Source: an uncultured Candidatus Saccharibacteria bacterium
GTDB lineage: Bacteria; Patescibacteriota; Doudnabacteria; UBA920
Assembly: GCA_964436545.1 (NCBI GenBank)
Contig: CAYTCJ010000004.1
Location: 59,368 to 123,367, forward strand
DNA length: 64,000 bases
Direction: 5' to 3'
This document shows positions 45,293 to 55,249 of the stretch, in pieces; the first letter of the stretch is position 1; every line of letters starts with the position of its first letter. The position numbers and the translations under genes are program-made. The notes below the pieces were generated by a model. It made no database searches and was not told the origin of the DNA. It was given only the letters and a program-made list of their open reading frames with translations.

Positions 45293-47968
45293 ATGCAAAT
45301 TAAAGAAAATCTTCAAACTAGAACTCAGAACGCACTTTCCGAATTAGGCGAAAAAATATTTTTAGATCGCTATGCGGTGAAAGATGTAAAAAGGGAAAGT
45401 TTAGCCGTGGGGGACACTGTGGTGGTATTGGTAAATCCCAAAACCGGCCAGAGAGAAATTGGGATTGTGCAAAGTTTAAATTTGGCAGAAAAGTCCGCGG
45501 AAATTATGTTGAGAAACGGGGAAGTGGAAATGCGCGCTATTGAACATTTAGACAAACCGCTGGAAACCGTGCCGGAACAAATGTTTGAACGCATTGCCAA
45601 GCATATTGCCAGTGTGGAAACTACAACCGAAAAACAAGCCGAATGGCAAACCAAGTTTCGAGAGTTAATGGATGATTGGAAATACGTGCCAGCGGGGAGA
45701 ATTTTTACCGGCGCGGGTACCGGCCAAAATTTAACTTTTTATAATTGTTATGTTATTCCGCACCCGAAAGACAGTCGGCAAGGGATTTTTGAAACTCTAT
45801 CGCAAATGGCGGAAATTATGAGCCGAGGCGGCGGAGTGGGAATTAACGTGTCTTCTTTGCGTCCGCGTTATGCTTATGTGAAAGGTGTGAACGGCCGAAG
45901 CAGTGGGGCGGTATCGTGGGCTTCTTTATATTCTTTTGTGACAGGTTTAATTGAACAAGGTGGGAGTAGGCGGGGAGCGTTGATGCTCATTTTAAATTGC
46001 TGGCATCCCGATGTGATTGATTTTATTAATGCCAAAAAAGAAGCGGGCAAAATTACCAATGCTAACATTAGCGTGGGCATAACGGATGATTTTATGGAAG
46101 CCGTGAAGCAAGATAAGCCATGGGATTTGGTGTTTCCGGATACGAATGATCCGCTATATTCCACCAAGTGGGATGGTAATTTAGCGAGATGGAAGTCGAT
46201 TGGCGGAAAAGTGGTAAAACACAAAACCGTTAGAGCTCTGGATATTTGGGATAATATTATTACTTCGGCTTGGAGTAGCGCGGAGCCGGGTATGTATTTT
46301 ATTGACCGCGCCAATTATTTTTCCAATTCTTACTATTTTGCCGATTTACCATGCACGAATCCTTGCGGGGAACAACCTTTGCCGGCTTGGGGAGTATGTA
46401 ATTTGGGGCATGTGAATTTAGCCAAACACATTAACAAAGATACGGGTGAGGTCTTGTGGGATAAATTAAAACAAACCGTGCAATATGCCGTCCGGTTTCA
46501 GGATAATGTAATAGATGCCACCCCTTACTTTTTTGAAGAAAATAAACATCAGCAATTAGGGGAGAGACGCGTGGGGATGGGCACCATTGGTTTGGCGGAA
46601 ATGTTAATTTATAAAGGTTTAAGGTATGGCAGTGCCGAGGGAGTAAAGTTTATAGATAAGCTGTATCAGTTTATTGCTTTAACCGCTTACGAAGAGAGCG
46701 TGGAGCTGGCCCGCGAAAAAGGCGCGTTTAAAAATTTTGTAGCGGAAAAATATTTGCAAAGCGGGTTTATGAAAAATATGCCCGAGTACATTCGAGATTT
46801 GGTGAAAGAGTATGGAATAAGAAATGTGACTATTTTAACCCAAGCACCCACGGGCACAGTGGGTACTATGGTGGGGACTTCCACGGGGATTGAGCCATTT
46901 TTCTCTTGGACTTATTTTCGTAAATCTCGTCTGGGCGTGCACGAAGAAAAAATTAAATTGGCGCAAGATTGGTTAGATAAGCACCCAGGACAAGAATTGC
47001 CTGAATATTTTGCTACGGCTATGGATTTAGCTCCCGAAGAACACGTCAAAGTCCAAGCAGCGGTGCAAAAGTGGACTGATTCCGCCATTAGTAAAACCGT
47101 TAACGCACCTCAAAATTACACTATTGAACAAACGAAGCAATTATACACTTTAATGTATGACTTAGGCTGTAAGGGTGGCACGATTTACCGTGATGGAAGC
47201 CGAGATGAGCAAATTTTAGCCACGGATCATAAAAAATTAGGGAAAGACGCGTCGGAACAAGTCGAGGCCAAACTGGTAGAGGCGGGCGGATCCGCTTCTG
47301 ACGTTGGGGTCGGGATTTCGCCGGTAAGACCGACTCAAGAAGTTATGTCTATTTCGGGGGATAATGTACAAATTAAAATTGCACCAAGAGAAAGACCGAA
47401 TGCCATGAATGGCGTGACGTATAAAATGAACACGGCCTATGGGAATTTATATGTTACGGTTAACGAAGACGAGCATGGTCCGTTTGAGGTTTTTGCGCAA
47501 ATGGGTAAAGCGGGTGGGTTCTTTTCCGCTCAGACCGAAGCCATTACTCGGCTCATTTCTTTATCTTTACGTTCCAATATTGCGATTGAAGAAATTATTG
47601 CTCAGCTTAAAGGTATTCGGGGACCTGACGTGTCTTTCTCCGAAGAAGGGATGGTGTTTTCTTTGCCCGATGCAGTAGCTAAAGTTTTGGAAAAACATAT
47701 TAAACGGGGAGTAAAACAGTTAGCTATGGATTTACCCCAGAAGAATGCTTTAATTGCCAAAGCTTCGGAGCCTATGCAATTAACGCAAATGGAAACTGTG
47801 GTCGAAGAAAAAATTGCGGTGAATGGCACCATGGCTTATAAAACTTCGCAAAAAATTTCCATTGCCAATTTGGGTAATGCGCCAGTGTGTCCGTCTTGCA
47901 GTAATATGATGATTTTTGCCGAAGGTTGTATGAAGTGTGAGGCTTGTGGGTATAGTAAGTGTGGCTAG
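45293..47968 (+). CDS. nrdJ: adenosylcobalamin-dependent (class II) ribonucleotide reductase
   Basis: FYNCYV, SRGGGVG, RRGALM, TNPCGEQPL, APTGT, ISKTVN, IYRDGSR, TSCPD-like C-terminal domain, EGCxxCxxCGYSKC. Confidence 0.95.
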   Translation: MQIKENLQTRTQNALSELGEKIFLDRYAVKDVKRESLAVGDTVVVLVNPKTGQREIGIVQSLNLAEKSAEIMLRNGEVEMRAIEHLDKPLETVPEQMFERIAKHIASVETTTEKQAEWQTKFRELMDDWKYVPAGRIFTGAGTGQNLTFYNCYVIPHPKDSRQGIFETLSQMAEIMSRGGGVGINVSSLRPRYAYVKGVNGRSSGAVSWASLYSFVTGLIEQGGSRRGALMLILNCWHPDVIDFINAKKEAGKITNANISVGITDDFMEAVKQDKPWDLVFPDTNDPLYSTKWDGNLARWKSIGGKVVKHKTVRALDIWDNIITSAWSSAEPGMYFIDRANYFSNSYYFADLPCTNPCGEQPLPAWGVCNLGHVNLAKHINKDTGEVLWDKLKQTVQYAVRFQDNVIDATPYFFEENKHQQLGERRVGMGTIGLAEMLIYKGLRYGSAEGVKFIDKLYQFIALTAYEESVELAREKGAFKNFVAEKYLQSGFMKNMPEYIRDLVKEYGIRNVTILTQAPTGTVGTMVGTSTGIEPFFSWTYFRKSRLGVHEEKIKLAQDWLDKHPGQELPEYFATAMDLAPEEHVKVQAAVQKWTDSAISKTVNAPQNYTIEQTKQLYTLMYDLGCKGGTIYRDGSRDEQILATDHKKLGKDASEQVEAKLVEAGGSASDVGVGISPVRPTQEVMSISGDNVQIKIAPRERPNAMNGVTYKMNTAYGNLYVTVNEDEHGPFEVFAQMGKAGGFFSAQTEAITRLISLSLRSNIAIEEIIAQLKGIRGPDVSFSEEGMVFSLPDAVAKVLEKHIKRGVKQLAMDLPQKNALIAKASEPMQLTQMETVVEEKIAVNGTMAYKTSQKISIANLGNAPVCPSCSNMMIFAEGCMKCEACGYSKCG

Positions 47969-48090
47969 AGCGTAGCACTATATTATTCTCCCCTGGCGAG
48001 GGGAGATGTCCTGAAGGGACAGAGAGGTGGTTGGTCATCAAGTTATAAAATAAGGCGTCCCGACGGCCGTCGGGACGCCTTTAAAAAAAT

Positions 48091-48750
48091 ATGAGAAGAA
48101 AAAAGATAACCATACCGCAGGAGTTTAGTAGTGAACCTAGGGGTTTAGTGATTGCCTATTTAGGCGCCGGCAAAGGGAAGACCACAGCTGCTATGGGTAT
48201 GGCCATAAGAGCTTCGGGAGCTGGGATGAATGTCTATATTTTGCAGTTTGTAAAAGCCAAAGGCGCATCAGTAGATAAAATAAAAGACGGGGAATGGCCG
48301 GTAAGTAGTGAAATAGATTTTTTTAATGCAATGGGCTCATATCACCCCCCAGCCCCCTCTTACTTTAAGAGGGGGGAGGGCCAAATTGGCAAAATTGAAA
48401 ATGAACAATTGGGTTTGGGTTTTGTTGGGATTTTGGGGGATAAAAAACAAAAGGCTATTCATATTAAAGCCGCAATCGATGGTTTATCCCGCGCCAGAGA
48501 AATTATCACTTCCGGTGAATATCAAGTAATTATTTTAGATGAAATCATTTCAGCTTTGGAAAGTCAGCTAATAGAAGAGCGGGATATTATTGATTTAATT
48601 CAACTCAAGTCGCCACTTCAGCATTTAGTCTTGACTGGGCATAATAAATATCCTAAGCTGTTAAAATATTGCGATTTAGTGACGGAAATGAAAATGGTTA
48701 AGCATCCTTACTATAAGGGAATTTTGGCACAGAGGGGGATAGACTATTAA
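48091..48750 (+). CDS. cobO: cob(I)alamin adenosyltransferase (CobO/BtuR)
   Basis: YLGAGKGKTTAAMGMAIRA, QFVK, ILDEI, LVLTG, KHPY, QRGIDY. Confidence 0.93.
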   Translation: MRRKKITIPQEFSSEPRGLVIAYLGAGKGKTTAAMGMAIRASGAGMNVYILQFVKAKGASVDKIKDGEWPVSSEIDFFNAMGSYHPPAPSYFKRGEGQIGKIENEQLGLGFVGILGDKKQKAIHIKAAIDGLSRAREIITSGEYQVIILDEIISALESQLIEERDIIDLIQLKSPLQHLVLTGHNKYPKLLKYCDLVTEMKMVKHPYYKGILAQRGIDY

Positions 48751-48759
48751 TTGACAAAA

Positions 48760-49221
48760 ATGACAAAATTTAAAAAATTGACAAAAATTATTTTGCCGAT
48801 TTTGATTGTAGTGTTTTTGGCTGTGGGGTGTCAGAAGACAAGCAGTCAGCAGTCAGCCAGACAGCCAATCAGCCAGACGGTGAATCAGCAAACAGCTAAT
48901 CAGATAATTAGCAATCAGCAATCAGTAAAGCAAGAAATAAAATTTACTCATTTAGTTGTTGGAGTAGATAATGAGGCAAAGGAGTTCACAACAGTAGATA
49001 AAACCACGGCTTTACAGTTTTTAAAAAGTAAGCTTAAGGTAGAGACTAAAACTTTTTCCGGCGTGGGGGAATATGTGGTAGCCATAAATGGTCTAACGGA
49101 AACCACTGGAAAAAACTTTTGGGCGTTTTATGTAAATGGCAAACAGGCGAAAGTGGGAGCAGGAGATTATGTTTTACAAGCGGGCGATAAAGTAGAGTGG
49201 AAATTGGAGGAGATTCGTTAG
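48760..49221 (+). CDS. DUF4430-like lipoprotein, putative cobalamin binder
   Basis: Lipobox LAVGC; GEYVVAINGL, FWAFYVNGKQAKVGAGDYVLQAGDKVEW. Confidence 0.8.
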   Translation: MTKFKKLTKIILPILIVVFLAVGCQKTSSQQSARQPISQTVNQQTANQIISNQQSVKQEIKFTHLVVGVDNEAKEFTTVDKTTALQFLKSKLKVETKTFSGVGEYVVAINGLTETTGKNFWAFYVNGKQAKVGAGDYVLQAGDKVEWKLEEIR

Positions 49222-49388
49222 TAGTAAGCAGTAAGTTGATAAGTTGTAAGTAGAAATCAAATTTTCTGATGAGTTAAGAATTAAGAGTTATGAATTATGA
49301 GTATATACAAAAGAAAGCGAACCATTTGCAATCAGCTGGTCGGTAATCGGATAACTCAATAAGTTGTAAATAACTAAGTAATAAAACT

Positions 49389-49991
49389 ATGATTTTATAT
49401 TTAATAATAATTACAGCAGTGGTAAGTAGGTTTGTGCCTCATCCGGTCAATTTTGCTCCCATTACAGCCATTGCCATATTTGGCGCTTATCACTTGGGCT
49501 GGAAACAAGCTGTGGGTTTAACTTTAGTTATTCGGTTAGTGAGCGACTTATTTTTAGGATTGGTCGCCTGGCCCATGATGGTGGCAATTTACGCCTCGCA
49601 TTTGGTGGGGGTGTTGTTGGGGGTCTGGATTCGAAACTCAAAGAATGTCATTCCGGAAACCCGCCTTGGCGGGGTATCCGGAATCCAGAAACAAACAATG
49701 GATCCTGGCTCACAGGCCGGGATGACACTAGGAAAATGGGTAAGAATAATTATTGCTTCTTTAGGTGCCTCTGTAATTTTCTTTTTAGTTACTAATTTTG
49801 CTTTTTTGTATTCTAATTATTCTCACAACTTATCAGGCATTATAGAAAGTTATATTAACGGACTGCCTTTTTTGCGAGGCACTCTAATGGGCGATCTGGT
49901 TTATTCCGTGGTTTTATTTGGCGGGTTGGCGTTAGTGGAAAAATATGAAATATTAAAATTTAAATCTCCAAATTTTAAACATCAAATATAA
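49389..49991 (+). CDS. DUF6580/BtuM-like ECF S-component transporter
   Basis: RFVPHPVNFAPITAIAIFG, SVIFFLVTNF, YINGLPFLR, GDLVYS. Confidence 0.8.
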   Translation: MILYLIIITAVVSRFVPHPVNFAPITAIAIFGAYHLGWKQAVGLTLVIRLVSDLFLGLVAWPMMVAIYASHLVGVLLGVWIRNSKNVIPETRLGGVSGIQKQTMDPGSQAGMTLGKWVRIIIASLGASVIFFLVTNFAFLYSNYSHNLSGIIESYINGLPFLRGTLMGDLVYSVVLFGGLALVEKYEILKFKSPNFKHQI

Positions 49992-50917
49992 AACAGGTAT
50001 GCAAAAAGGTGTAGATTTTACAGGAGAAAGGCCAATAGCTAGTGAGGCTTCATTGTCCGCGGAAATTATTGAACATCAAGAAATTGCCGAATTAGCAGAG
50101 CCTGTCAGTAGAATTTTAGAAGCCTTAAGATTGGAATTGGAACGCGGAACTTATTCTTTAATTATTGGCATAGATGACTCCGGTCGGATTCCGGCTTTAT
50201 TAATGGCAGAGACCATAACTCATATTTATAAAAAACGGGGAATACCTAAACCCCAAATTTTATTTTTTCCCAGTTATGGCACTTTGCCAAAGGCGGAGCA
50301 GGTAAGCATTGGGCAATTACAAGCAGAAAAATTACAACAGTTTTTAGCACGAAGAAACGTAGTTTTAACAGATAAAAAGGCACTAATAGTAGACGATGCT
50401 ATAAAGACGGGAAAAAGCATCACCCAAATTGTTTTGGAGTTAGATAAAATGGGTGTGAATATGGATATTACGGTGATAGGGTTAATTCGGCAAGAGAATC
50501 AGGTTTTAATGGACACAGTTATGGATTCAGCCTCCCAAGCTTCGGAAATAAGAGTGGTGTTTGGTCAAAGTGGTAATTCAGGATTATATAGACAAAAACA
50601 ACTTGGTGGTACTAGAAAAACTAAAGAAATTTGGTCTAGAGGGTTAGTGGCTACTTTAAAGCAAGGGGTAAAAAAATTAGAAGATGATGCACAGAGAGGT
50701 TGGAAGCATAAGAGAAGATTTAAAACCTGGCAAAGGAAGTTTGGAGATGTTAATGTGTTAGGGGAAAAATTAAATACTGAAGGTATAGGACGAGCTAGAC
50801 AAGATATAAAAATTTTAGCTGGTCGGTTAGCCGAAACTTTTGAAAATAAACATTCTTTACCAAAAAATTAATAAGCAAATATAAAACAGGTATGCAAAAA
50901 GGTGTAGATTTTACAGG
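49983..50917 (+). repeat. 42-bp perfect direct repeat (49983-50024 and 50876-50917)
   Basis: CAAATATAAAACAGGTATGCAAAAAGGTGTAGATTTTACAGG twice. Confidence 0.95.
49999..50871 (+). CDS. phosphoribosyltransferase-fold protein
   Basis: IIGIDDSGRIPA and PRPP-loop-like ALIVDDAIKTGKSI. Confidence 0.7.
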   Translation: MQKGVDFTGERPIASEASLSAEIIEHQEIAELAEPVSRILEALRLELERGTYSLIIGIDDSGRIPALLMAETITHIYKKRGIPKPQILFFPSYGTLPKAEQVSIGQLQAEKLQQFLARRNVVLTDKKALIVDDAIKTGKSITQIVLELDKMGVNMDITVIGLIRQENQVLMDTVMDSASQASEIRVVFGQSGNSGLYRQKQLGGTRKTKEIWSRGLVATLKQGVKKLEDDAQRGWKHKRRFKTWQRKFGDVNVLGEKLNTEGIGRARQDIKILAGRLAETFENKHSLPKN

Positions 50918-51329
50918 GATATGTGTGGTGTTTGTGTGTCATGACGGCGCGGGTAATATTTTAATGCAAAAACGAGGAAAAAATACTCGGGATGAACAGG
51001 GAAAATGGGATGTGGGTGCGGGAGGTATGGAATTTGGCGATAGTGCAGAAGATACTTTAAAAAAAGAACTTTTAGAAGAATATTGTTGCCAAATTATTGA
51101 GCATGAATTTTTAGGTTTTCGGGAAATTCATAGAGAACATAACGGCCAAAAGACGCATTGGATAAGTTTGGATTTTAAAGTTTTGGTTGATCCTAAGCAA
51201 GTAAAAAATGGCGAACCTCATAAATTTGAAGAGATTGGTTGGTTTCGTTTGCCCGATTTTCCCAATCATGAGAAATTACATTCTCAATTACCATTTTTTT
51301 TAAAGAAATATGCCAGTAAATTAAAATAA
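50892..51329 (+). CDS. NUDIX hydrolase
   Basis: GGMEFGDSAEDTLKKELLEEY Nudix box; NGEPHK. Confidence 0.9.
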   Translation: MQKGVDFTGICVVFVCHDGAGNILMQKRGKNTRDEQGKWDVGAGGMEFGDSAEDTLKKELLEEYCCQIIEHEFLGFREIHREHNGQKTHWISLDFKVLVDPKQVKNGEPHKFEEIGWFRLPDFPNHEKLHSQLPFFLKKYASKLK

Positions 51330-51360
51330 TCCCCCTCTTGTGAGAGGGGGATTATTTTAA
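51321..51360. terminator. bidirectional terminator
   Basis: TTAAAATAATCCCCCTCT-TGTG-AGAGGGGGATTATTTTAA. Confidence 0.75.
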
Positions 51361-51369
51361 AATTTTAGT

Positions 51370-52125
51370 TTAATTGAGTCGCCAATCAGACATCTCCATA
51401 ACCGAAATTCTGGGTAGCTGGGTATCGGCTTGGTTCATGGACACTACCAGTTGGGTCTTACCCCCGTTATTCGTAAAGATTTCCATGGTGGTAATGGGCA
51501 TAAGACCTAATTCGGTTACCAAATAAATTTGTTTGCCTTGTTTTACCCAGCTTCCCCAAGGATGCCAGTCGGTGGCTTTTTCTATCATATAACCGGAATT
51601 AGGAATATGTGCCAAACTGCCAATATAACTAATTTGATTAAGTTTATAACCTAAGCCGGTAAAGGCCGGGTAATTGGTAAAGGGAGTTTTGGTGTGTTTA
51701 TAAATTATGTAAACCGTACTGCCATCTAAAGCTAATTGACCATTTTTTAGCATTGGTGCGTCGGCAGTGTAGCTTTCTGGATCGGTTACTGTAATTAACA
51801 AAGTAATGCACTCAGTAGTATAATCATTACAGACCCGAGAAGCGGACAGACCTTTACTTAAAGCGGTAAAGGCCACTAGATCTTTTTCTACAAAATCCAT
51901 TTCTACCACATTTGGGTTGGTGTTGTCAGCCGGATACCAGCCGGGAATTTCCGAAAGTTGTAATACAGCTTCGGTTTGGGGTTTTAAAATTTTAGTAAAA
52001 GTTCCTAGTTTGGTTTCGCTATTAACTTTGCTGTTGGAAATTTCGTAATAACCCAAGCTAAATTTGGGCCAAACCACAGTAGTGGTTAAAAAAATAGCTG
52101 TCCAGAGTAGAAGTTTTTTGTTCAT
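51370..52125 (-). CDS. secreted hypothetical protein
   Basis: Signal-peptide-like N-terminus; C-terminal G..V....+Y repeat-like segments. Confidence 0.65.
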   Translation of the reverse strand: MNKKLLLWTAIFLTTTVVWPKFSLGYYEISNSKVNSETKLGTFTKILKPQTEAVLQLSEIPGWYPADNTNPNVVEMDFVEKDLVAFTALSKGLSASRVCNDYTTECITLLITVTDPESYTADAPMLKNGQLALDGSTVYIIYKHTKTPFTNYPAFTGLGYKLNQISYIGSLAHIPNSGYMIEKATDWHPWGSWVKQGKQIYLVTELGLMPITTMEIFTNNGGKTQLVVSMNQADTQLPRISVMEMSDWRLN

Positions 52126-52188
52126 TTAAATTAATTTAATACTTAAATTGACTATTTATTATATAGAAAGTAAGACTTTTGTCAAGAT

Positions 52189-53661
52189 ATGTCCGGTTTA
52201 GCTATTACTAAATCTCAGGTTTTTATTGGGTTTTGCATAGTTTTTGCCATGGGTATATTTTTAGCTTCCAAAGTTTCTATTTCCAATGTGTGGGTGTATA
52301 GTATGTGGTTCTGTTTAAGCTTAATTTGGTTAATTCGCTTGGTTAATCAACACCCTTACGGTATTATCAGTTTTGTGATTTTAGGTTTTTGGGTGATGAC
52401 TTTAGGCATGTGGCGTTTGAATATTGCAGACCAAGTAAATATTTTTGAACCTGTATTTAATACCTCGCAAAGTCTGGAAGGGGTTATTACGGAAGATATA
52501 GATATAAGAGAGAATAAACAATTAATTCGGTTTCAGCCTAATTACGTTCCGCAACAAATTTTAATTACCACCAATAAAACCCAAGAATTTTTTTACGGGG
52601 ATTATTTATTGGTTATGGGCCAAATTAAGTCAGCCAAAAATTTTGACGATTTTGATTATCAGGCTTATTTGGAACGGTATAATATTTATGGGGTAATGGC
52701 GTACCCAAAAATTTTAATTTTAAAAACTAATCGGGCGAGTAAAGTAAAATTTTGGTTATTAAAAATTAAACAAAGTTTTACGAATCGTTTGGGGAAATTT
52801 TTACCCGAACCGCAAAATAGTCTCGCGTTAGGTGTGTTAATTGGTGCTAAGCGGGGATTACCTTCCGGAATTTTGGAAAATTTTAATCGTTCCGGTACTT
52901 CACACATTGTGGCCGTGTCGGGTTATAATATTGCAATAATTGTAAGTGCTTTAAGTATCTTAGCTTGGGTTTTGGGCCGAAAACTTAGTTTTTGGGTTTC
53001 TTTATTGTTTATCTGTAGTTTTGTGATTATTGCCGGAGCCTCGCCGTCGGTAGTCCGAGCTGGGGTGATGGGGATGTTGTTATTGCTAGGTTTTAAAATT
53101 GGTCGGTTATATTCAGTGATCCCCGCTTTAATGTTAGCTGGTGTTTTGATGTTATGGATGAACCCAAAAATTTTACTTGCCGATATTGGCTTCCAATTAT
53201 CTTTTTGCGCTACGCTGGGTATTATTTTATTTATGCCCTTGTGGGAAGAACTGGCGAAAAATTGGCCTAAGTTGGCTGGTTTAAAAAGTATTTTTTTTGT
53301 TTCCGTTTCCGCTATTTTGGCGACTTTGCCTATTACTTTACCCACTTTTTCCCAACTGAGTTTAGTCGCGTTGCCGGCAAATTTATTGGTTTTGCCGGCT
53401 GTGCCCTTGGCTATGTTATTTGGATTTTTAACGGTTTTGCCTGTGGTGGCGCCGGGTTTTGCTTTTTTGGCCAATGGATTTTTAACTTATATTTTGTTAG
53501 TGGTGGAAAAATTAGGTCAATTACCTATGGCAGTTTTAAATTTTCAAGTTGGGAAGTCCGGACAATTTATGCTTTGGTTAGTTTTAGCTTTAATGTATTG
53601 GGGGTTAAAGTATTGGGTTTTGAAAAAAAATCAAAAGAGTGTTAAGATTAGCTGTAAGTAA
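52189..53661 (+). CDS. comEC: competence protein ComEC (no metallo-beta-lactamase domain)
   Basis: FDYQAYL, GTSHIVAVSGYN, PSVVRAGVM, GFQLSFCAT, ANLL. Confidence 0.95.
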   Translation: MSGLAITKSQVFIGFCIVFAMGIFLASKVSISNVWVYSMWFCLSLIWLIRLVNQHPYGIISFVILGFWVMTLGMWRLNIADQVNIFEPVFNTSQSLEGVITEDIDIRENKQLIRFQPNYVPQQILITTNKTQEFFYGDYLLVMGQIKSAKNFDDFDYQAYLERYNIYGVMAYPKILILKTNRASKVKFWLLKIKQSFTNRLGKFLPEPQNSLALGVLIGAKRGLPSGILENFNRSGTSHIVAVSGYNIAIIVSALSILAWVLGRKLSFWVSLLFICSFVIIAGASPSVVRAGVMGMLLLLGFKIGRLYSVIPALMLAGVLMLWMNPKILLADIGFQLSFCATLGIILFMPLWEELAKNWPKLAGLKSIFFVSVSAILATLPITLPTFSQLSLVALPANLLVLPAVPLAMLFGFLTVLPVVAPGFAFLANGFLTYILLVVEKLGQLPMAVLNFQVGKSGQFMLWLVLALMYWGLKYWVLKKNQKSVKISCK

Positions 53662-53684
53662 AAAAATTAATCTTGAGAGAAAAT

Positions 53685-54425
53685 ATGAATAATAAGACAT
53701 TAGCCTATTTAATTTTGGCTGTGGTAGTTATTTGTTCCGGTATATTCGCGCTGGTGAGATTACGAGGGGATAGTTCACAGCAGTTGGGAAATATGACTAA
53801 GGAACAAGCTAATCCGCCCAGCGCTGAAATCAAACCAATAGAAACCCCACCGATGGCCAAAACTGAACCGAAAAAAGAAATTATTAATGGATGTGAAAAA
53901 ATGTTTGATCAAACTAAAATGCAAGAACAAATTAATTTAGCTAATAATAAAGTGGAAGTAAATGTTAAGGGCTACGGTAAATTTACTGTCGTGCTAGATA
54001 CCAAAGAGGCTCCAAAAACTTCTGAAAACTTTTTAAAATTAGTTAATGCCGGGTTTTATGACTGTTTAACTTTTCATCGGTTAGCTAAGGGTTTTGTGGT
54101 CCAAGGTGGAGATCCGGCTGGAAACGGTACGGGGGGTCCGGGTTATACGGTGCCGGCGGAAATTGGGCTTAAGCATAAGAAGGGGAGTATTGCCATGGCT
54201 CGTTTAGGTGATCAGGTTAACCCTAATAAAGAATCATCGGGCAGTCAGTTCTATATTGCTTTGCAAGATTTGCCTCAGTTAGATGGTGAATATACGGTGT
54301 TTGGAAATGTGGTTTCGGGCTTAGAGGTAATAGAAAAAATCGCTTCGGCTAAAGTAGTCGGCAATGCCCCAGATGGCCCGCCGGTAACACCAATTGTTAT
54401 GGAAAAATTAATTATTATTAAATAA
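53685..54425 (+). CDS. membrane-anchored cyclophilin-type PPIase
   Basis: APKTSENF, FHR, QGGDPAGNGTGGPGY, AMAR, GSQFYI, LDGEYTVFG. Confidence 0.94.
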   Translation: MNNKTLAYLILAVVVICSGIFALVRLRGDSSQQLGNMTKEQANPPSAEIKPIETPPMAKTEPKKEIINGCEKMFDQTKMQEQINLANNKVEVNVKGYGKFTVVLDTKEAPKTSENFLKLVNAGFYDCLTFHRLAKGFVVQGGDPAGNGTGGPGYTVPAEIGLKHKKGSIAMARLGDQVNPNKESSGSQFYIALQDLPQLDGEYTVFGNVVSGLEVIEKIASAKVVGNAPDGPPVTPIVMEKLIIIK

Positions 54426-54511
54426 ATGATATAAATTAAATAAATGGTAAAAGTTTAGCTAGTAATTTTTGTCATTTTTGTTCAATTTTGTCATTCTTGT
54501 CAATTTAATTT

Positions 54512-55102
54512 ATGCAACATTTAAAACAACAGAAAACTTTGGCTTTGGTAAAACCCGATGGAGTTAAGCGCGGGTTAATTGGGGAAGTGATTAAGCGGAT
54601 AGAGAGACGAGGTTTAAAAGTTATTGCTTTAAAAATGGTTTGGGCGGGTAAGGAGCATATCCATTCGCATTTGCCTAAAAGCGAAGAGTGGGTGGAAAGA
54701 CTGGGTAATAAAACTTTAAAAACTTTTGCCGAATACGGGATTGATCCGGCCACGGCTCAAGGCACGAGTGACCCCAAAGAGATTGGGAAAATGGTTAAAG
54801 CTTCTTTAATTGAGTATTTAACCAGTGGTCCGGTGGTGGCCATGGTGATTCAAGGTATTCATGCTATTGATATGGTGAGAAAATTAGCCGGGCATACTTT
54901 ACCGGTGTTTGCGGAAATGGGCACGGTGAGAGGAGATTTTAGTGTCGATAGTCCCAGTGTCGCCAATATTGAAAAACGGGCAATTCATAATATTATGCAT
55001 GCGAGTGAAACGCCGGAAGAAGCCGAGAATGAAATTGGTTTGTGGTTTTCTCCAGCGGAGATTCATGAGTATAAGCGAGTGGAAGAAGATATTATGTTTT
55101 AA
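54512..55102 (+). CDS. ndk: nucleoside diphosphate kinase
   Basis: VKPDGVKRGLIGE, SGPVVAM, GTVRGDF, NIMHASE. Confidence 0.96.
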   Translation: MQHLKQQKTLALVKPDGVKRGLIGEVIKRIERRGLKVIALKMVWAGKEHIHSHLPKSEEWVERLGNKTLKTFAEYGIDPATAQGTSDPKEIGKMVKASLIEYLTSGPVVAMVIQGIHAIDMVRKLAGHTLPVFAEMGTVRGDFSVDSPSVANIEKRAIHNIMHASETPEEAENEIGLWFSPAEIHEYKRVEEDIMF

Positions 55103-55143
55103 TCCCACAGATACACAGACTGCACGGATAACACAAATCCTAA

Positions 55144-55179
55144 TAAAACCTGCTCTTAATTTTTTAAGAGCAGGTTTTA
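55144..55179. terminator. bidirectional terminator
   Basis: TAAAACCTGCTCTTAA..TTAAGAGCAGGTTTTA. Confidence 0.75.
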
Positions 55180-55249
55180 AAATTCAGTGGGACTGGTGCA
55201 TAAACTCGTTGGCGGATAATACATTTAAGTTTTAAATAAAGGATTTTAT

